Notes under the pieces: generated by a model
What the model was told of the DNA's origin: nothing
The model's input: the letters and a program-made list of their open reading frames with translations, nothing else
The model's database searches: none
Program-made: the position numbers and the translations under genes
Shown here: piece after piece, positions 61,346-64,000 of the stretch
Layout of the letters: each line of letters starts with the position of its first letter
Numbering within the stretch: position 1 is the stretch's first letter
NCBI GenBank assembly: GCA_965116925.1
Contig: OZ220744.1
Span: forward strand, 3,744,001-3,808,000
DNA length: 64,000 nt
Reading direction: 5' to 3'
From: Candidatus Poribacteria bacterium
Lineage (GTDB): Bacteria; Poribacteria; WGA-4E; PCPOR2b

Positions 61346-61416
61346 CAGGACTGGCGCAACTTTGGCACATAGGGGTAGATTTTTGATTTTTAACCCCCTA
61401 AATCCCCCTTATCAGG
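61346..61416. repeat. Degenerate MITE family D remnant
   Basis: CAGGACTGGCGCA...AACCCCCTAAATCCCCCTTATCAGG, as at 9010-9131. Confidence 0.55.
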
Positions 61417-61536
61417 CAACTTTCAAGAACAGTGGTTTGATGGTGAAATTCGTCGCACACATGGTTCAAGCGGTTGTTGACCAAGATAACGAATGATAAC
61501 AAAACAATTCGCGCTGTTAGTTTGGACATCTGCACA

Positions 61537-64000
61537 ATGAGCACCCTTCTCTATTTTATTCTACCCCGATTTCCTCATCAACGTATCGCCTTATTTTTCA
61601 AATATAGTTTTCGCTTCCCGTTTTACCTTTCACCTTTTACGCTCTTCCTTATTCTTTTTCTTCTAACACCTGACGCCATATTTGCCCAGCAAAATTTTCA
61701 ATGGCGAAATTTCACACGAAGCGGTGATAATCTGAGCAGCAACAATGTTAGAACCATCACTGAAGATCGATTGGGGCAAATCTGGTTGGGGACGAATAAG
61801 GGATTGAGCCGTTTGGATGGCTTCTGGCACGAGGCCGGCAGGTCGAACGGAGGCCCCCAAGGAGCTGATGTCTTCAAGATTTTTGAAGATACCGCAGGCT
61901 TCATCTGGGTTGCAACGGATGCCGGGGTTTATCGAGGAGTATGGGACAATTCGCGAGGACAGGTTGATTGGTTGCAACATTATACCCAAGGAACGGGATT
62001 GATCGGTATCGGTGGGCGCGTTGTGACAATGATCCAACGCCAAAATGGTGAAATCTGGATCGGGACACCGCTAGGCATCAACCGGTTTGATGGCGCAGTC
62101 TGGGGCACGGTGGATAGTGCGGAGGTTGGACAACTCAATCAAGGTGTGCAGGTCATCTATGAGGATAAGACTGGGGCCCTCTGGTTTGGACTTTCACAGA
62201 GCAATCGCCTCCAAAGCGGAAATCTTATCAGCCGTTTCAATGGCGTCGGGTGGGAAATTTTTAGCGTAAACGATGGCTTACCGAATGGTGATGTGCAAGC
62301 AATTTTGGAAGACAACTTTGGTAATCTCTGGGTCGGTACAACCGCCGGCGCGGCGGTTTACGACGGTTCAACTTGGCATGTTGTAACGGCGCAGGATGGG
62401 CTTCTAATCGGCAGCAATGTGCAAATCATAATGAGTGATCGGGAAGGGACAATCTGGCTTGGGACCACCGCCGGCATCAGCCAATTTTACCCACCGGCAC
62501 AGTTCACCCCGATGGCACTCCGTGATTTAGGACGTTGGCGGCATCTGACAAGAGCAAACGGTTTGGCAAGCAACAATATCCAAGCTCTGCTTGAAACACG
62601 AGCCGGCGAGATCTGGATTGGGACACGAGATAATGGGGTCAATTTTTCAGATCGATCGTGGAAGTCAGTCACCACAGATAACGGATTGAGTCACAATAGC
62701 GTGACAGCAATGCTGAAAGATCAGCGGGGTAGGCTTTGGGTCGGAACGCGTAATGGATTGAGCCTCTATACGCGGAACGGGGTTGAGCTGGTCAGCGGGG
62801 CTCCGGGAAATGAGATTCGCACACTAGCTGAAGATTTTCGGGGCCGAACCTGGGTTGGTACGAACGCTGGCATAGGCGTCTTCAATGGAGTATCATGGGA
62901 AGTCTTCCGGATTCCAGATATTAACGTTAATAGTGTTCAATCGCTTATCGTCGATTCAGGTGGCGATGTTTGGGCTGGAACAGGGTTTTTGCCAACGGAT
63001 GACCTCCCCGGTTTAGATCGCTATGACGGGCAGCAGTGGGAAAGGAATCAATTTCTGGAGATTGACCGGACAATCGTCGTTATGTTCACAGACTCGCAGG
63101 GACGAATCTACTTCGGTACGGTTGGCAACGAAGAGGGTGGTAGCGATCTGTGGGTTTACGATGGGATAGATTTGGAACCAATTTATAGCCTGCCTGAAAA
63201 ATTCTCGGTTCACACGATTTTAGAAGTGTCTAGCGGTGAGATTTGGGTTGGTACAGATACCGGTATTCAGATTTTTGACGGACGAACGTTGGATCCCACT
63301 ATTTCACTGACAACTGACGATGGATTGGTGGATAACCGCGTACAGGCACTTTACCGCGATGGAGATCGGATCTGGGTCGGTACGGCTGATGGTGTCAGTT
63401 TGTTCCAAAACGGTCAGTTTGAACGGATACTGACTGCAAGTCATGGACTCAACAGCAATAACATCTCAACAATTGCGGAAATGAACGAGATGCTTTGGTT
63501 TGGTAGTAAGGATAACGGTGGGTTAAGCATCTTCAGTCCGGAGATGACTCCGCCTCGTACGAGAATTACCGATGATAGCCCGAAAAATGGTGAAGTTGTT
63601 GGGGACACAAGCGTTGTTTTTAAGTTTGAAGGTGGTGATGCTAGTACGCCCGCCGGAGAGCTTCGTTATGTTTACCAACTTGACGACGGACAGTTGATGC
63701 CTACCGACGATGAGAGGGGCATTGCTAAACGCGCTATATTGTCAGGTCTCGAAGAGGGACCGCATCGCTTTACGGTGTATGCCATTGATAGGGAAGGCAA
63801 CCAAGATTTGACGGGGGCAAGCAGGGACTTTGTGGTTGACTCCCTCGCCCCAACCGTGATTATTACTGCGCCAAAGGAGAACGCTGTGATTGGTGGCGTT
63901 TATGAAATCAAAGGTACTGCGATGGATAAAACGGATTTTCTGGATTACCAGATCCGTATCTTTCCCAGTGATTCTACTTCAGATGAACCTCTGCCTCCTT
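61537..64000 (+). CDS. Large secreted Reg_prop beta-propeller + Ig-like protein, runs off the window (absent from the ORF track)
   Basis: Open frame: hydrophobic TLFLILFLL, repeats such as LSSNNVRTITEDRLGQIWLGTNKGL and GLPNGDVQAILEDNFGNLWVGT, then YQLDDG...HRFTVYAIDREGN; start approximate. Confidence 0.85.
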   Translation, partial: MSTLLYFILPRFPHQRIALFFKYSFRFPFYLSPFTLFLILFLLTPDAIFAQQNFQWRNFTRSGDNLSSNNVRTITEDRLGQIWLGTNKGLSRLDGFWHEAGRSNGGPQGADVFKIFEDTAGFIWVATDAGVYRGVWDNSRGQVDWLQHYTQGTGLIGIGGRVVTMIQRQNGEIWIGTPLGINRFDGAVWGTVDSAEVGQLNQGVQVIYEDKTGALWFGLSQSNRLQSGNLISRFNGVGWEIFSVNDGLPNGDVQAILEDNFGNLWVGTTAGAAVYDGSTWHVVTAQDGLLIGSNVQIIMSDREGTIWLGTTAGISQFYPPAQFTPMALRDLGRWRHLTRANGLASNNIQALLETRAGEIWIGTRDNGVNFSDRSWKSVTTDNGLSHNSVTAMLKDQRGRLWVGTRNGLSLYTRNGVELVSGAPGNEIRTLAEDFRGRTWVGTNAGIGVFNGVSWEVFRIPDINVNSVQSLIVDSGGDVWAGTGFLPTDDLPGLDRYDGQQWERNQFLEIDRTIVVMFTDSQGRIYFGTVGNEEGGSDLWVYDGIDLEPIYSLPEKFSVHTILEVSSGEIWVGTDTGIQIFDGRTLDPTISLTTDDGLVDNRVQALYRDGDRIWVGTADGVSLFQNGQFERILTASHGLNSNNISTIAEMNEMLWFGSKDNGGLSIFSPEMTPPRTRITDDSPKNGEVVGDTSVVFKFEGGDASTPAGELRYVYQLDDGQLMPTDDERGIAKRAILSGLEEGPHRFTVYAIDREGNQDLTGASRDFVVDSLAPTVIITAPKENAVIGGVYEIKGTAMDKTDFLDYQIRIFPSDSTSDEPLPP

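Overview
Bacterial chromosomal window of roughly 50% GC. The gene content suggests Candidatus Poribacteria (inference only): PhyH dioxygenases, TIR-TPR, DUF5916 paralogs, a WD40/cohesin/dockerin protein with a 'NYPNPFNPETWIP' tail, and dense REP/MITE repeats. Housekeeping genes are purN, murA, hisD, htpG, leuB, pdxH, rnpA-yidD-yidC-jag-mnmE and argH. There is a decaying defence/toxin-antitoxin island at about 4.6-10 kb, two tnpA-less IS200/IS605 tnpB elements, a four-paralog DUF5916 array around an ABC/DUF1854 pair, and large secreted beta-propeller proteins at the right end. Main findings: (1) the two divergent tnpB genes share a covarying pseudoknotted 5'-leader RNA between a common promoter motif and the start codon, with an alternative pairing register that would hide the RBS-position GAAAG; (2) one tnpB element sits exactly between the Shine-Dalgarno and ATG of a phyH gene, which allows its TAM (TTCAT) and guide to be predicted; (3) the other TnpB has a rearranged, Fanzor-type RuvC site; (4) two separately called ORFs form one exported UxxC thioredoxin-TPR selenoprotein with a SECIS-like hairpin; (5) four MITE families, most with visible target duplications, carry interchangeable REP-like cargo. 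All calls come from reading the sequence; no database searches were run.
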